Source: Macrostomum lignano (lineage: Eukaryota). From it: a DNA stretch of 64,000 nucleotides. This document shows positions 47,795-60,159 of this stretch, one piece after another. The notes under the pieces were generated by a model. That model saw nothing but the letters and a program-made list of their open reading frames with translations. It did no database searches and was not told where the DNA came from. The position numbers were made by a program, and so were the translations under genes. The stretch lies in assembly GCA_002269645.1 (NCBI GenBank), contig NIVC01000384.1, positions 434,001 through 498,000 on the forward strand. The letters are read 5' to 3'. Position 1 is the stretch's first letter. Each line of letters opens with the position of its first letter.

Positions 47795-48928
47795 ATGGAG
47801 GAAGATGGCCAAGTCTGTGCAAAGATAAACGGCACTGTTGATAGCAAATGTTTGGCTTCGACAAACAACGGGACATCCAATATCAGCAGTGCCGAAGAGC
47901 TGCTGAGCAGTGTCACGCTGGCGTTCTGCTGTGGCGCAGCCGCAATGCTAATGATCTGCATTTACTGCTTGAACAGGCCAACATTCAACCGCCACAAGCT
48001 GGGCTGTCTGTTAATTTTGCGCTGGAACTGCGCCGCGGACATTGCTTGCCTACTGAACAAAGTGACGTTCATGCTGGTTAACAGAAATTACAAATCACTT
48101 GAAGGCAATCAACACGTCCTAGCCTGGGTATGCAAACTATACCACATTGGCGAGAGCCTCACAATGAATGTGCAGACCTTGCTATTGGTGCTATTTGCTT
48201 TAGAGCGTGGCGCCATTGCTATTGATCTGCGCTTTGGATTGAAACATTTCAGCCAGTTTCGATTGAAAATCGGCGTTGTCCTTGCCGCTGTGTTGATTCT
48301 GGCCGCCCACCTCAACTACATCTGGATGTATAACATCGGTGCGAACTACATTTCTCTCGATAGAAACAACACCAACTGGGAAACAATCTACGAATGCCGC
48401 GTAACTGCCGAATTCCTGGTAATCTATAACATTGTCGCCATTATCGATCTCGTGGTGTATTTGTACGCGCCAATTCTGGTTTGCGGCATCTCGGCCGGAA
48501 TCGTTATTAACTGCTGGATTCGCAACGGATTAGAACGGCCGAGCGTTGTGTTCGGCAAGACTAAGTCGAGTAACAATGGAAACGCCAGCCAAAGCCACGC
48601 GGGAGTCCTGAATAGTCTGGATTGGCTACATCGGAACATGAAAGTGCTGCAGCTGATCATCAGCCTCGTGTGCTATCTACCGCTAGCCACTACTGGCCTG
48701 ATCCGAGCCGTTTCCATTCACCACCAGCTGCCAGTAGACGAGAAGCTCTATTTAATCATGAACTATATCCTGCAGCCGATGAAGAACGTCCTGTGCGCCT
48801 TGGCTACCACCGCGTTCGTTGTGCACCATCTCGTCGCTACGCGACAGCGCAAAGCCAAACGGAGTCGCTGCCAGAAAGCAAAAAATCAATCGGAGGAGGA
48901 ATGCATCCCTATGCGAGTCATTGGCTAG
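47795..48928 (+). CDS. Orphan rhodopsin-like (class A) 7TM GPCR, single exon
   Basis: About seven hydrophobic segments; TM2 A-D-x-x-x-L (AADIACLL), TM3 Cys (VCKLY), ERG at the DRY position, ECL2 Cys (YEC), TM6 CYLP. N-terminal N-glycosylation sequons (NGT, NIS). Confidence 0.82.
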   Translation: MEEDGQVCAKINGTVDSKCLASTNNGTSNISSAEELLSSVTLAFCCGAAAMLMICIYCLNRPTFNRHKLGCLLILRWNCAADIACLLNKVTFMLVNRNYKSLEGNQHVLAWVCKLYHIGESLTMNVQTLLLVLFALERGAIAIDLRFGLKHFSQFRLKIGVVLAAVLILAAHLNYIWMYNIGANYISLDRNNTNWETIYECRVTAEFLVIYNIVAIIDLVVYLYAPILVCGISAGIVINCWIRNGLERPSVVFGKTKSSNNGNASQSHAGVLNSLDWLHRNMKVLQLIISLVCYLPLATTGLIRAVSIHHQLPVDEKLYLIMNYILQPMKNVLCALATTAFVVHHLVATRQRKAKRSRCQKAKNQSEEECIPMRVIG

Positions 48929-49006
48929 TAATATGCAAACCAAGCAAATAGTGATTTATAATATGAGAACTACAGTCATCATTGACTTGTCGACTAAACC
49001 AATCTA

Positions 49007-49563
49007 CAGGGTGTCCCATAAGTAACTTTACAACTTGTTTCGTGAATAACTTTGTGATTAATGCTTGGATCCCCACCAGAGTTTAGCATAAGAAAATATA
49101 TAGAAAAGGGATTTTTTGACACCAAAAGCATGTTCATACGTTGATATTTTATTATTCAAATGGTAATTTTAAAAAATACCAGATCCAATCAGATTTCTCC
49201 TGACCTAACGCCCTTGGATTACTGGTTGTGGGGCGATCTGAAGCAGAGAGTCTACGCAACGCAGCCGCGCACAATCGATGAGCTCCGACAGAGGATCTCA
49301 GACGAAGTGGCCCAGATTTCGCCTGAGACGCTTACCAAAGCCCTGCTGGACTTTCCGCGGCGGCTGGAGGCCTGCCTTAAAAACGGCGGTGGCCACATCG
49401 AAGGACCCTGAACGGACTGTATTTTTTAACGTATGAACATGCTTTTGGTGTTAAAAAATCCCTTTTCTATACATTTTCTTATGCTAAAATCTGGTGGGGA
49501 TCCAAGCATTAATCACAAAGTTATTCACGAAACAAGTTGTAAAGTTACTTATGGGACACCCTG
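49007..49563 (+). mobile_element. Non-autonomous IS630/Tc1/mariner derivative with 136-bp TIRs and a transposase C-terminal remnant
   Basis: TA flanks at 49005-49006 and 49564-49565. TIRs 49007-49142 and 49428-49563 start CAGGGTGTCCCATAAG and show 3 mismatches by eye. Internal SPDLTPLDYWLWGDLKQRVY..PRTIDEL..RI...R...C...GGHIE. Confidence 0.92.
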
Positions 49564-51332
49564 TACATTCCGAGCAAATTGTTTCTGTCCAGTTCAAAAA
49601 AATCGAATCGTTTTTTGCCTAAATCTGTCCAATTTTTCCTCACACTAAATGAAAGTTTGTCTTTTCAACTTAACTCGTTACACTACCTAAGTTGTTGAAG
49701 TGCTTGTTTGTTTAATCAGTCTGTTGTTAAAGAGAATCTAACATTGAAAGTATATATTTTTGTGTCCTTTTTTCCGCCTGATAAAACACTGTTTTGACGC
49801 TGCTTTGTTTTGCCTATCGTCTGCAAACTAGCCGAGCTAACTCGTTTTGAACAAAAATAAATAGCACCAATTTGAATGTACGCTTTTGTGCGCTAGAGAT
49901 TAACAACATGCCTTAGTTATTGACCTCACCTACGGCATTCATTCGATTGCCTAAAGTTAGGCTAAATTTGCTAAAGAATTTGAATTAATTAAGTCAGTGA
50001 AGTCATGCTTTTTACAAAGGCAAAAATTAAAGTCCTTTGCTGGCACAGTTTTTAATTAAAAAAAATAACTCCCGCCAAGCGATCCTCTACAGGTGAAAAA
50101 CGCCTAGGCGTACAATTCCAAGCATTCGTCAGGCTAAAAGCTATGAAGCATGATCATCTGAGCAGTTGGTCATCGCTAATCAAGATTAAAAAACCGAAAG
50201 AAGATATTTTATCAAGCCTAAGCCTTGAGATGATCTGGAACATAATCCCTTACTCCCACACAGCAGACAAGTTTGCATACGAGGAACAATGTTATTCAAT
50301 TATTAAATTTTAATCAGCACATGACTTCAGGTCTTCAATTGTTTCACTAATTAAATATTGCAATTACAAGTATCGGCTATCGCTATATACAACCCACTGA
50401 TAAACGATATGTATCGATAGTAATTTTGGGCCACAATAAAAATCTATTAAAACATGCAATATTCAGTTAATAAATTAAGACAACAAGGCATTAAAATATA
50501 ACTTATTTATGCAAAAAAAGAATTACGCCTGAAAATACTTTTCAAGTAGAAATTGATTCTTTCAAAACGATTTTACAAGGTAGATGTAAAGATGTTTATT
50601 AGAGGGGGTATTTACCTCAGATGTCAGGTATTTACTTCAGTGTTTTAGAAGGTTTCTAATTTTGGATGCCAAGGACTTCATAGCTTGTTGAGTTTCCTAT
50701 GGGTTTTTTAGCAAGAGTCTGGATGTAAGTCTTACAAGGGATGGTGGGACACAATGTCATTGAAAAAATTTTCTATGAAAGCAAGCAGGAATGAACCGCC
50801 CACATCCGCCCTAGCTTAATGGATTAAACTCGGATAAAAATACGGGTCCATCTAGCAATTCCAGATCCGCCCACCGTGTTTTTAAACATAGATTAAAAAA
50901 TCGCATCTACGCTCCTACTCGCAAGCTTTTCTACAACAAAAATCCGACAACGAATTTTCATTTTTTCAGAGTCGTCTCAGAGTCAATTTGAGGCGTTTGA
51001 TTGTCTGCTACTCTGAAACGACTTTGGTGCCGTAGAGTCACTGAGTTGCGTCTAAAGCGCATGTGTGTCACTTTATGAGTTAGAATCGCATATAGTAGAG
51101 CAAACCGCTAACACAAGGACTTTTAAAACGAGTTTTTCGTGTATCTTTTCCGATTCCGCAACTCGCATGATGCACTCGTGACTCAACAGTCGCTAGAGTC
51201 AATAGTGAGCTGTTTGCAATTACTCTCTTTAGCGATTCTTGGATTGCAAGTTTTTAGTGATCTAGACGGGTGTGGGATGAATCCAGAAATATGCATGGGA
51301 TATTCCACAGACAAGTTAAAAGACGCCGAGGC

Positions 51333-54300
51333 TTAACCGGTTGCATTAGAATCCGTCCCGGCCTGCTCCGGCCCCAGCTCCAGATCCAGCAGCATCTGGG
51401 CGAACGCTTTGCCTTGGGGATCGTAGCGCAGCGAGGCGACCCCGCCGCCGCCCAGGGACTGGTCCAACACGAAGTTCAACGCCCGCAGTCCGGGCAGCTC
51501 GTAGCGGCGCACCAGCTGGCGGTGGTCGCGGTCGGTCGGGAAGACATGCTTGAAAAAGTCCGCCACCACGTCCGAGGTCAGGCGACGACGCAGTAGGGGG
51601 TAGAACTCAGGACGTCTGGCCAGCACGCCGATGTTGCAGGCGTCGCCTTTGTCACCGCTGCGAGCGACCGCTAAGTCGATGAGGCGGCAAGGCAGCTGGA
51701 ATAGAGATGGTGTAGAATTTAACATACAATTATTAATATTAAGGTAAAACTTTCGGGACGCTTAGGGAAGCATAGTGTTGAAAAGGATGTGTTGCGGGGA
51801 AGGATGAGATTTTGAGAAGAATGGTATTTATATAAAAATGGAATCTGGGGCGGACGAGATTTTTAGAGACGGATGGGATTTAGAGACGGATGGGATTTGA
51901 GAATGGATGGGATTTAGAGACGGTGGGATTTGGGAATGGATGGGATTTAGAGACGGTGGGATTTGGGAATGGATGGGATTTAGAGACGGATGGGATTTGG
52001 AGACGGATGGGATTTGGGAATGGATGGGATTTAGAGACGGATGGGATTTGAGAATGGATGGGATTTAGAGACGGATGGGATTTGGGATGGATGAGAGTTT
52101 GGGACGGATGAAATTTGGAGACGGATGGCATTTGGGGATAAAAAGGATTTGGGACGGATGGGATTTAATGACGGCTGGGATTTGGGGATGAATGGGATTT
52201 AGAGATGGATAGGAAATGGAGACGGATGGGATTTGGAGACGGATGGGATTTACGAGAGATGGGATTTGGGGGACTGATGGGAGTTTAGGATGGATAAGAT
52301 TTGGGGACTGATTGGATTTGTGGGGCGGATGGGATTTGGAAACGGATGGGATTCTGGTACGGATGGGATTTGGGGATGGATGGGATTTCAGGACGGATGG
52401 GATCTCAGGACGGATGGGATTTCAGCACGGATGGGATTTCAGGACGGATAGGATTTGGGGACCGACGGGATTTGGAGACGGATGGGACTAGGGAACGGAT
52501 GGGATTTGGGGACGGATGGGATTTGGGGACGGATGGGATTTGGGGACCGATGGGATTTGGAGACGGATGGGACTAGGGAACGGATGGGATTTAATGACGA
52601 ACGGGATTAGAGAATCTGAATTACACTAGTCAATAAGTTAAGAAACTCTTAACCAACCTTAATCGAGGAAATCTCACTCTTGACAGCATCGGGCAGTTCG
52701 TCAACATCATCGGACTCATCCACAGTACCTTTGTCGAATTCATTCGCCGGCACATCGCACCAAGCGTCTATGGTGCTAATGGTGCGGCCGCCAACGAAAT
52801 GCACCTGCGGCTTGAAGGCGGACCGGTCCACCTGGCGGGTGACCAGCCGCAGCACCGGGGACACCTTGGGCCGGCCGCCGACCAGCGCGGTTAGACCCGG
52901 CGCCATCCCGGTGCCGGCTGGCGCGATCTCCCGGGACAGGACCTCCAGGGCCTCCTTGGACTGGTGCTTCGCAGCCAGCCAGAGGGCCACTTCGCGAGGA
53001 GGCGCCGACTGCTGCTCAAGGTGCCGTAAGGACGGGGAGAAAGCAGTGCGATTGCAGTCACAATACTCAGTGAGAGTCACACAATACTCAGTGACAGTCA
53101 CACAATACTCAGTGACAGTCACACAATACTCAGTGACAGTCACACAATACTCAGTGACAGTCATACAATACTCAGTGACAGTCACACAATACTCAGTGAC
53201 AGTCACACAATACTCAATGACAGTCAAACAATACTCAGTGACAGTCATACAATACTCAGTGACAGTCACACAATACTCAATGACAGTCAAACAATACTCA
53301 GTGACAGTCATACAATACTCAGTGACAGTCACACAATACTCAGTGACAGTCACACAATACTCAGTGACAGTCACACAATACTCAGTGACAGTCGTACGAT
53401 GCTCAGTCACAGTCACACAATACTCAGTGACAGTCACACAATACTCAGTGACAGTCACACAATACTCAGTGACAGTCACACAATACTCAGTGACAGTCAC
53501 ACAATACTCAGTGACAGTCATACGATGCTCAGTCACAGTCACACAATACTCAGTGACAGTCACACAATACTCAGTGACAGTCACACAATACTCAGTGACA
53601 GTCACACAATACTTAGTGCACTCACAGTTCCACTTTTCCCGCTGGCGCCAAACGCATCTTCAGCGCCGATCACTTGCACGGTGACGTCAGTGAAATCAGC
53701 GTAGTCGAGGTGCTGGAAAATTTGACGCACGCTGAAAAATAAAAAAGATTGGCTTTTAATGACAACAGTAAAAGGCAGCCATAAAAATGGGCCTAAAAGG
53801 TGGCATTGGGAATGCGACTGGAGGCTAATATTATTGGGTAAGATTGAAGGGCAAGATTAAAAGGGCAAGACTGAAAGGAGAGACTGAAAAATAAAATTAA
53901 GGTGTGAGATTAAAGCTTAAGATTGAAGGGTAAAAATGAAAAAGGGTAAGCCTGAAGGGTGAGATTGAAGGGTTAGACTGAAGGGTAAGAATAAAAGGGT
54001 AAGATTTAGGGCTGAGATTGAAGGGTAAGATAGAAGATTGCGATAGAAGATTGCAATTGAAGGGTGAGATTAAAGGGTGAGATTTAAGGGTGAGATTGAA
54101 GGGTGAGATTGATGGGTGAGATTGATGGGTGAGAACGAAAGCTACTGGAACTCACCGCTTGAGCACGGCCTCGGCAGTCAGTCGGGCTTTCTTAGCGGCC
54201 AAGCCACCGGCCACCACCGACACGGCCGTCAGCCGGTAGCCGTCCATCTCGCAGCCGCTGACCTTCAGCTGCATCGGCGGCGGGCGGCCGCGAGCGCCAA

Positions 54301-54681
54301 GGACCGCTACGCGATTTTCGCCAGCCTGCTCGAGTCGAACCCGGCGCAGATCGAGGGTGCAGTCGGGGAGCAGGTAGGCCGCCGGGTCTCCGATCTCGTA
54401 GACAATCTGCTCGCCAACCGTCTCAGTTGTGACCAGCCCGCCTGTTCCCGGCGGCTTCGTGATGAACAACCGGCCGTCGCGATGGCACTCGGCCACGGGG
54501 AAGCCGATGCTGTGCCAGTCCGGCACGCTCTCGTAGTCGGTGAAGATGCCGCCAGTGCACTGGGCGCCGCACTCGACTATGTGACCGGCCAAGCTGCCTG
54601 CTGCCAGCAGGTCCAGGTCGTGGGGAGACCAGCGGAACTGGGGCCGGCGGGGAGGGCGGAACAGGTGGATGCTGGCAGACT

Positions 54682-54772
<91 letters not shown>

Positions 54773-54801
54773 CACAGACACACAGACAGACAGACAGACA
54801 C

Positions 54802-54852
<51 letters not shown>

Positions 54853-57800
54853 CAGACAGACACACAGACAGACACAGACAGACAGACAGACAGACAGACA
54901 TTACAATTACAGCTGGATATACAATCGATTGCAGTACAAATCCGTTTTTTCAAAAAGGAATTATTACTTCGGCTGTCCGGAAAGTCGTGAGAATGTGTCA
55001 ATTAAGCAAGAAAGCAGCAAGCTGTTGACGTGGCACACAGAAATTTTCAATAATAGACTCATATATGTCTATGGTGAAAATTCTTGTTATTCTAGTAGCA
55101 AAATTGGGGGCAGGGGCGAGCTCAGTATAAAGTGCTCAATAGCAAATGCAACGCGGTGATCAAGTTTGAAAATTTTGACAGCGAGTTCTTCAAAATGGAA
55201 GACTTCCAGGGTTATGCCTATGCTAGATACCGTCTTGGAATCTCCGCTCTCAGCTGCCATGACGAGCTGCTCGAAGTTTATGGAGATGCTGCACCAGGTC
55301 GGTCAACGGTTTACAGATGGTATTCGAAGTTCCGTGACGAAGCATTTCCCCCGGTCTCAGCTCCTCGGACTGGCCGGCCACGGTCAACAAGGACAGCGGA
55401 ACTGATCGAAACCTGCCGAGCTCTTATTGAAGAGGATCCAAAAGTTAGTGTCCGAGACCTCGCTGACTTTATGGAAGTTTGAAAAACAACAGTGCACGAA
55501 ATTTTGATTGAGGATTTGCACCTTCGAAACGTTTCTGCCGTCTGGGTTCCGCATGCTCTATCCGAGGAGAACAAGACTGCTCGCATCAATTGTGCCAAGC
55601 AATTCGCAGGCTTTTTTACAACGAGGGCATGGAAAACTTTTGCGACAAGTACGTGGTGGAGGATGAGACGTGGGTGTACCTGAACAACACTGGCACAAAG
55701 CAAAACAACAGGTGCTGGCTTGGCCAAGGAGATCATCGGCCCCAGGTTGTCAGGCACTCAGTCGGCAATGCAAAGACAATGCTTCTGGTTGCTTTCACTC
55801 CAAACAAGCGCTTCTCCATCGAATCCACAGCCCCAAAGCAAACTGTTGATGCAAATGGCATAGTTGAGTTCATTCGGCACACGGGAGACCTATGGCGTAC
55901 TCTGAGGTCAAAGCCAATTCATCTGTTGGATGTTCTTTGGCAGTGGGACAATGCGCGACCTCACGTGGCTCGTTCTGTGCAGCAGTACATGGAGTCCCGT
56001 GGAGTTCAGCTGGTGTTTCAGAGTCCTTACAGCCCAGACTTCAATTTGTGCGACCGTTTTTTGTTCAGTAGGATGAAGACTGATCTCTCCAGGCGAGTGT
56101 TCAGCGACCACAATGAAGTTCGAGAAGCTGCGTTGCAATGGGCAAGAGGCCTTGACGAAGATTGCTTGAAAAGAGAGGTTCAGCGACTCGTTGACCATTG
56201 CCAAGCTGTAATCAACGCAAGGGGAGATTACATTACCAACTAGTACAGTTATCGTGTTTTTTGATAGTTCTGACTGATTTTTTAAATACATTCTCACGAC
56301 TTTCCGGACAGCCGGGTAATAATAAGGCGAAAAATCAGTCACCTAAATGATTCTCAGACGTGTTTAATACTTTTACTACTTCATCCCGAGTGCTAGGGCT
56401 AACCCCCCATCAGATGAACACGATCCACGTGAAGGGGAGTAAGATAAAGAGGCCATAGTATTCAAAACTTCCTGCCTCGCGCATTCGAGTGCAAATCAAA
56501 CAGTTTTCATATGAGAAAGCACAAATGCATTGGGCAGGGCAGGATTGAGGAAGGGCCGCAGGAACTGGGACGCGAATGCAGATAGCCTTGTCAGTTAATT
56601 AGGTAGATAAAATCGCCATCTTTAAATCGGAAATCGCTATCAGTCAGGTAATTTCCTCCGCACACTATTCAAAAACCTTGTAGCTAATTTAAATATGGAA
56701 AATTTCGAAAGGAAATTAAGAAAAGTCAACTGAGAAAACAAAGAATGAAAACCGACAGGCACTGATCAAATCAATGAAATAGCCAGGCATTTCAGACCTT
56801 CGGACTTCTAAAAATAAAGCCGAGTCGGGGCTTCGAAGGGCCATTCGCGGGGCGTTTAGCAGCCTTTCTTGGTGACTTTAATCGCCTTTCTCAGTGAGGT
56901 GAGTTTAGGTGAGTTTAGTGCGGCCTTTCTTGGTGAGTTTAGTGCGGCCTTTCTTGGTGAGTTTAGTGTGGCCTTTCTTGGTGAGTTTAGTGCGGCCTTT
57001 CTTGGTGAGTTTAGTGCGGCCTTTCTTGGTGAGTTTAGTGTGGCCTTTCTCAATGACTTTAGTGTGGCCTTTCTTGGTGAGTTTAGTGTGGCCTTTCTTG
57101 GTGAGTTTAGTGTGGCCTTTCTCAATGAGTTTAGTGTGGCCTTTCTTGGTGAGTTTAGTGTGGCCTTTCTTGGTGAGTTTAGTGTGGCCTTTCTCAATGA
57201 GTTTAGTGCGGCCTTTCTTGGTGAGTTTAGTGTGGCCTTTCTTGGTGAGTTTAGTGCGGCCTTTCTTGGTGAGTTTAGTGTGGCCTTTCTTGGTTAGTTT
57301 AGTGCGGCCTTTCTTGGTGAGTTTAGTGTGGCCTTTCTTGGTGAGTTTAGTGTGGCCTTTCTTGGTGAGTTTAGTGTGGCCTTTCTTGGTGAGTTTAGTG
57401 CGGCCTTTCTTGGTGAGTTTAGTGTGGCCTTTCTTGGTGAGTTTAGTGCGGCCTTTCTTGGTGAGTTTAGTGTGGCCTTTCTTGGTGAGTTTAGTGTGGC
57501 CTTTCTTGGTGAGTTTAACGTGGCCTTTCTTGGTGAGTTTAGCGTGGCCTTTCTTGGTGAGTTTAGCGTGGCCTTTCTTGGCGAGTTTAGCGTGGCCTTT
57601 CTTGGTGAGTTTAGCGTGGCCTTTCTTCCAAAAACAGAGAGAAATCGTTTTTTAACTTTCACAAAAACAGGCTGCTCACCTCGTGAATCAGCGGTCCAAG
57701 CACCAGAGCGCTGTCTACGCATCTGCCAGTGATGACAAACTGAGCCCCGGCGTTCAAGGCCTGCGCTATGGGCTGGGCTCTGGGAAGCGACAACGGAATG

Positions 57801-60159
57801 CGAATAGTTGTTGCTAAGGAAGAAAGTGCATTGAGATCTTGTCTAGCGCGTAAATTAACTTCCCCTATTTAACAGCCCTTTTAAATTATGCGCAATGATG
57901 CTCCAGGCCAAAAGAAGACAAAACTAGTAAGCATATAGTTGGCAATCGTAATCAGCTGGTTGGGCACTCGTAATCAGCTAGTTGGGCACTCGTAATCAGC
58001 TGGTTGGGCACTCGTAATAAGCTAGTTGGGCACTCGTAATCAGCTAGTTGGCACTCGTAATCAGCTAGTTGGGCACTCGTAATCAGCTAGTTGGCACTCG
58101 TAATCAGCTGGTTGGGCACTCGTAATCAGCTAGTTGGCACTCGTAATCAGCTAGTTGGCACTCGTAATCAGCTAGTCGGGCACTCGTAATCAGCTAGTTG
58201 GCACTCGTAATCAGCTAGTTGGCACTCGTAATCAGCTAGTTGGCACTCGTAATCAGCTAGTCGGGCACTCGTAATCAGCTAGTCGGGCACTCGTAATCGC
58301 CCCAAATACAAGCAAATCCTCACCCAAGATAGGCGTTGGCGTTTATCAGCTTGCCTGACAACTCGCCAGGCATCAAACTTTTCGCGTCATCGCCCGTTAC
58401 CACGGCAACAGATCCGGACAAGTCTAAGCCGACATTCTTGCCGTAGGAGATTAGGAATTCGGCGCAGGATAGGGGATTAATTCCGCCAGCGTTAGTAACC
58501 ACTCGAATGCCTATAAAAGAGTAATTAAATTAAGGTAAGTCCAAGTCTAATGAAAATGGATTATAACAACTATTCATGTAAGTTAATAACTAATTAATTG
58601 CACCGACCTTGCTTAGAAATTTCCTTTAGCATCGGACCAACGCCATGATTAATAAAATCAGGGGCAAACCCCAGCTTCTGCAATGCGGAAAAAGAGAAAG
58701 CAACGATTATTAATGTGGAAAATTTTTGGCGATTTCAATCCTATCATCCTACTATGAATGGCAGTAGTGTTGGATAGAGTAGGTAACTCAGATTTTCCAA
58801 CGCATCTAATGCGCGGCGCGGCTTAAAACAACTTTTCTGGTAGTTTGGCGCCATTCATTAAACAAAACTTGTTTGGCGCCATTTTCCAAACTCAGCTGGT
58901 TTGGCGCCATTTTCCAAACTCAGCTGGTTTGGCGCCATTTTCCAAACAGAGCTGGTTTGGCGCCATTCATTTAAACCCAGCTAGTTTGGCGCCATTTTCC
59001 AAACAGAGCTGGTTTGGCGCCATTCAGACCCAGCTAGTTTGGCGCCATTCAGACCCAGCTAGTTTGGCGCCATTCAGACCCAGCTAGTTTGGCGCCATTC
59101 AGACCCAGCTAGTTTGGCGCCATTCAGACCCAGCTAGTTTGGCGCCATTGAGACCCAGCTAGTTTGGCGCCATTCAGACCCAGCTAGTTTGGCGCCATTC
59201 AGACCCAGCTAGTTTGGCGCCATTCAGACCCAGCTAGTTTGGCGCCATTCAGACCCAGCTAGTTTGGCGCCATTCAGACCCAGCTAGTTTGGCGCCATTC
59301 AGACCCAGCTAGTTTGGCGCCATTCAGACCCAGCTAGTTTGGCGCCATTCAGACCCAGCTAGTTTGGCGCCATTCAGACCCAGCTAGTTTGGCGCCATTC
59401 AGACCCAGCTAGTTCAAAAAGCAAACTGCATTACCGGACTCTTCATCTTAGCCCCAGCCAGCAGAGACATGGTGATTTCTGACAAATAGTCTGACACCAA
59501 ATAGTCGATATTGCCGTGTTTGACCAGCTGCTGAGCTGAAATGCAATTTAGTTAATGGAATTAATAGATATCGCAAAAACAACGTCGACTTTCCCTAAGT
59601 AGTCCTTTAATCTAATCCCATCCCCTAATCCAATTTCATCCCCTAATCCAATCCCATCCTCTAATCCAATCCCATCCCCTAATCCCATCCCATCCCCTAA
59701 TCCAATCCCATCCTCTAATCCAATCCCATCCCCTAATCCAATCCCATCCCCTAATCCAATCCAATCCCCTAATCCAATCCCATCCCCTAATCCAATCCCA
59801 TCCCCTAATCCAATCCCATCCCCTAATCCAATCCCATCCTCTAATCCAATCCCATCCCCTAACCCAATCCCATCCTCTAATCCAATCCCATCCCCTAATT
59901 TAATCTCTTTCCCCTAACCGAATGCCTCCTTGTCACCCATCCGTACCATCATCTACCTATCCTATCACTGCCTCATTCATCACTCACTTGACACGGACGT
60001 GTCTCCCCAGAAGCCAGAAGAGCACCCGATTCTGCAGACATTAGTCACAGGCCGCCTGCCCGGATTTAGACAATGGCACAGCCGATGGCTTACTGCAGTC
60101 TGCTGTCTAGGTAACAGCAGGGAGGTCAGCTTAGCACTGTGGCAAGTGGCTGTCTGCAT
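51333..60159 (-). CDS. atuA: Acyclic terpene utilisation AtuA family (DUF1446) protein, 9 exons
   Basis: Exons 60159-59988, 59535-59435, 58677-58608, 58510-58324, 57779-57680, 54637-54156, 53731-53626, ~53010-52658 and 51695-51333. Motifs [106 protein letters not shown]. Confidence 0.93.
51865..52610. repeat. Degenerate G-rich minisatellite (GACGGATGGGATTTGGA-like)
   Basis: Fills the last AtuA intron. Confidence 0.9.
53060..53612. repeat. 21-bp minisatellite (CAATACTCAGTGACAGTCACA)n
   Basis: About 26 copies in an AtuA intron; produces the spurious VTVTEYC ORF. Confidence 0.96.
53840..54130. repeat. Degenerate ~13-bp repeat (GATTGAAGGGTGA)n
   Basis: Purine-rich units in an AtuA intron. Confidence 0.75.
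54680..54900. repeat. (GACA)n microsatellite near an AtuA splice acceptor
   Basis: Reads (CTGT)n on the transcribed strand, ~40 nt upstream of the acceptor at 54638. Confidence 0.95.
54967..56316 (+). mobile_element. Mariner (DD34D) DNA transposon, full length, in an AtuA intron
   Basis: TIRs CGGCTGTCCGGAAAGTCGTGAGAATGT at both ends, flanked by TA (54965-54966, 56317-56318); ~1.35 kb. Confidence 0.93.
55192..56243 (+). pseudogene. Mariner transposase with an in-frame stop (55480-55482) and a frameshift (~55600)
   Basis: HTH ([19 protein letters not shown]), GRPR, WVPHAL, EDETW, WDNARPH and [13 protein letters not shown]; 34 residues separate the second and third Asp. Confidence 0.93.
56895..57625. 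repeat. 24-bp minisatellite (GGTGAGTTTAGTGTGGCCTTTCTT)n
   Basis: About 30 copies in an AtuA intron. Confidence 0.97.
57945..58298. repeat. 22-23-bp minisatellite (GGCACTCGTAATCAGCTAGTTG)n
   Basis: About 15 copies in an AtuA intron. Confidence 0.95.
58845..59413. repeat. 25-bp minisatellite (TTTGGCGCCATTCAGACCCAGCTAG)n
   Basis: About 20 copies, with more divergent units on the left side. Confidence 0.96.
59610..59920. repeat. 21-bp minisatellite (CCCTAATCCAATCCCATCC)n
   Basis: Fills the first AtuA intron. Confidence 0.92.

Noticed and set aside
51333-60159. AtuA as bacterial contamination or a bacterial operon
   Set aside because: The gene is split by eight phase-consistent GT-AG introns containing host-type repeats and a mariner.
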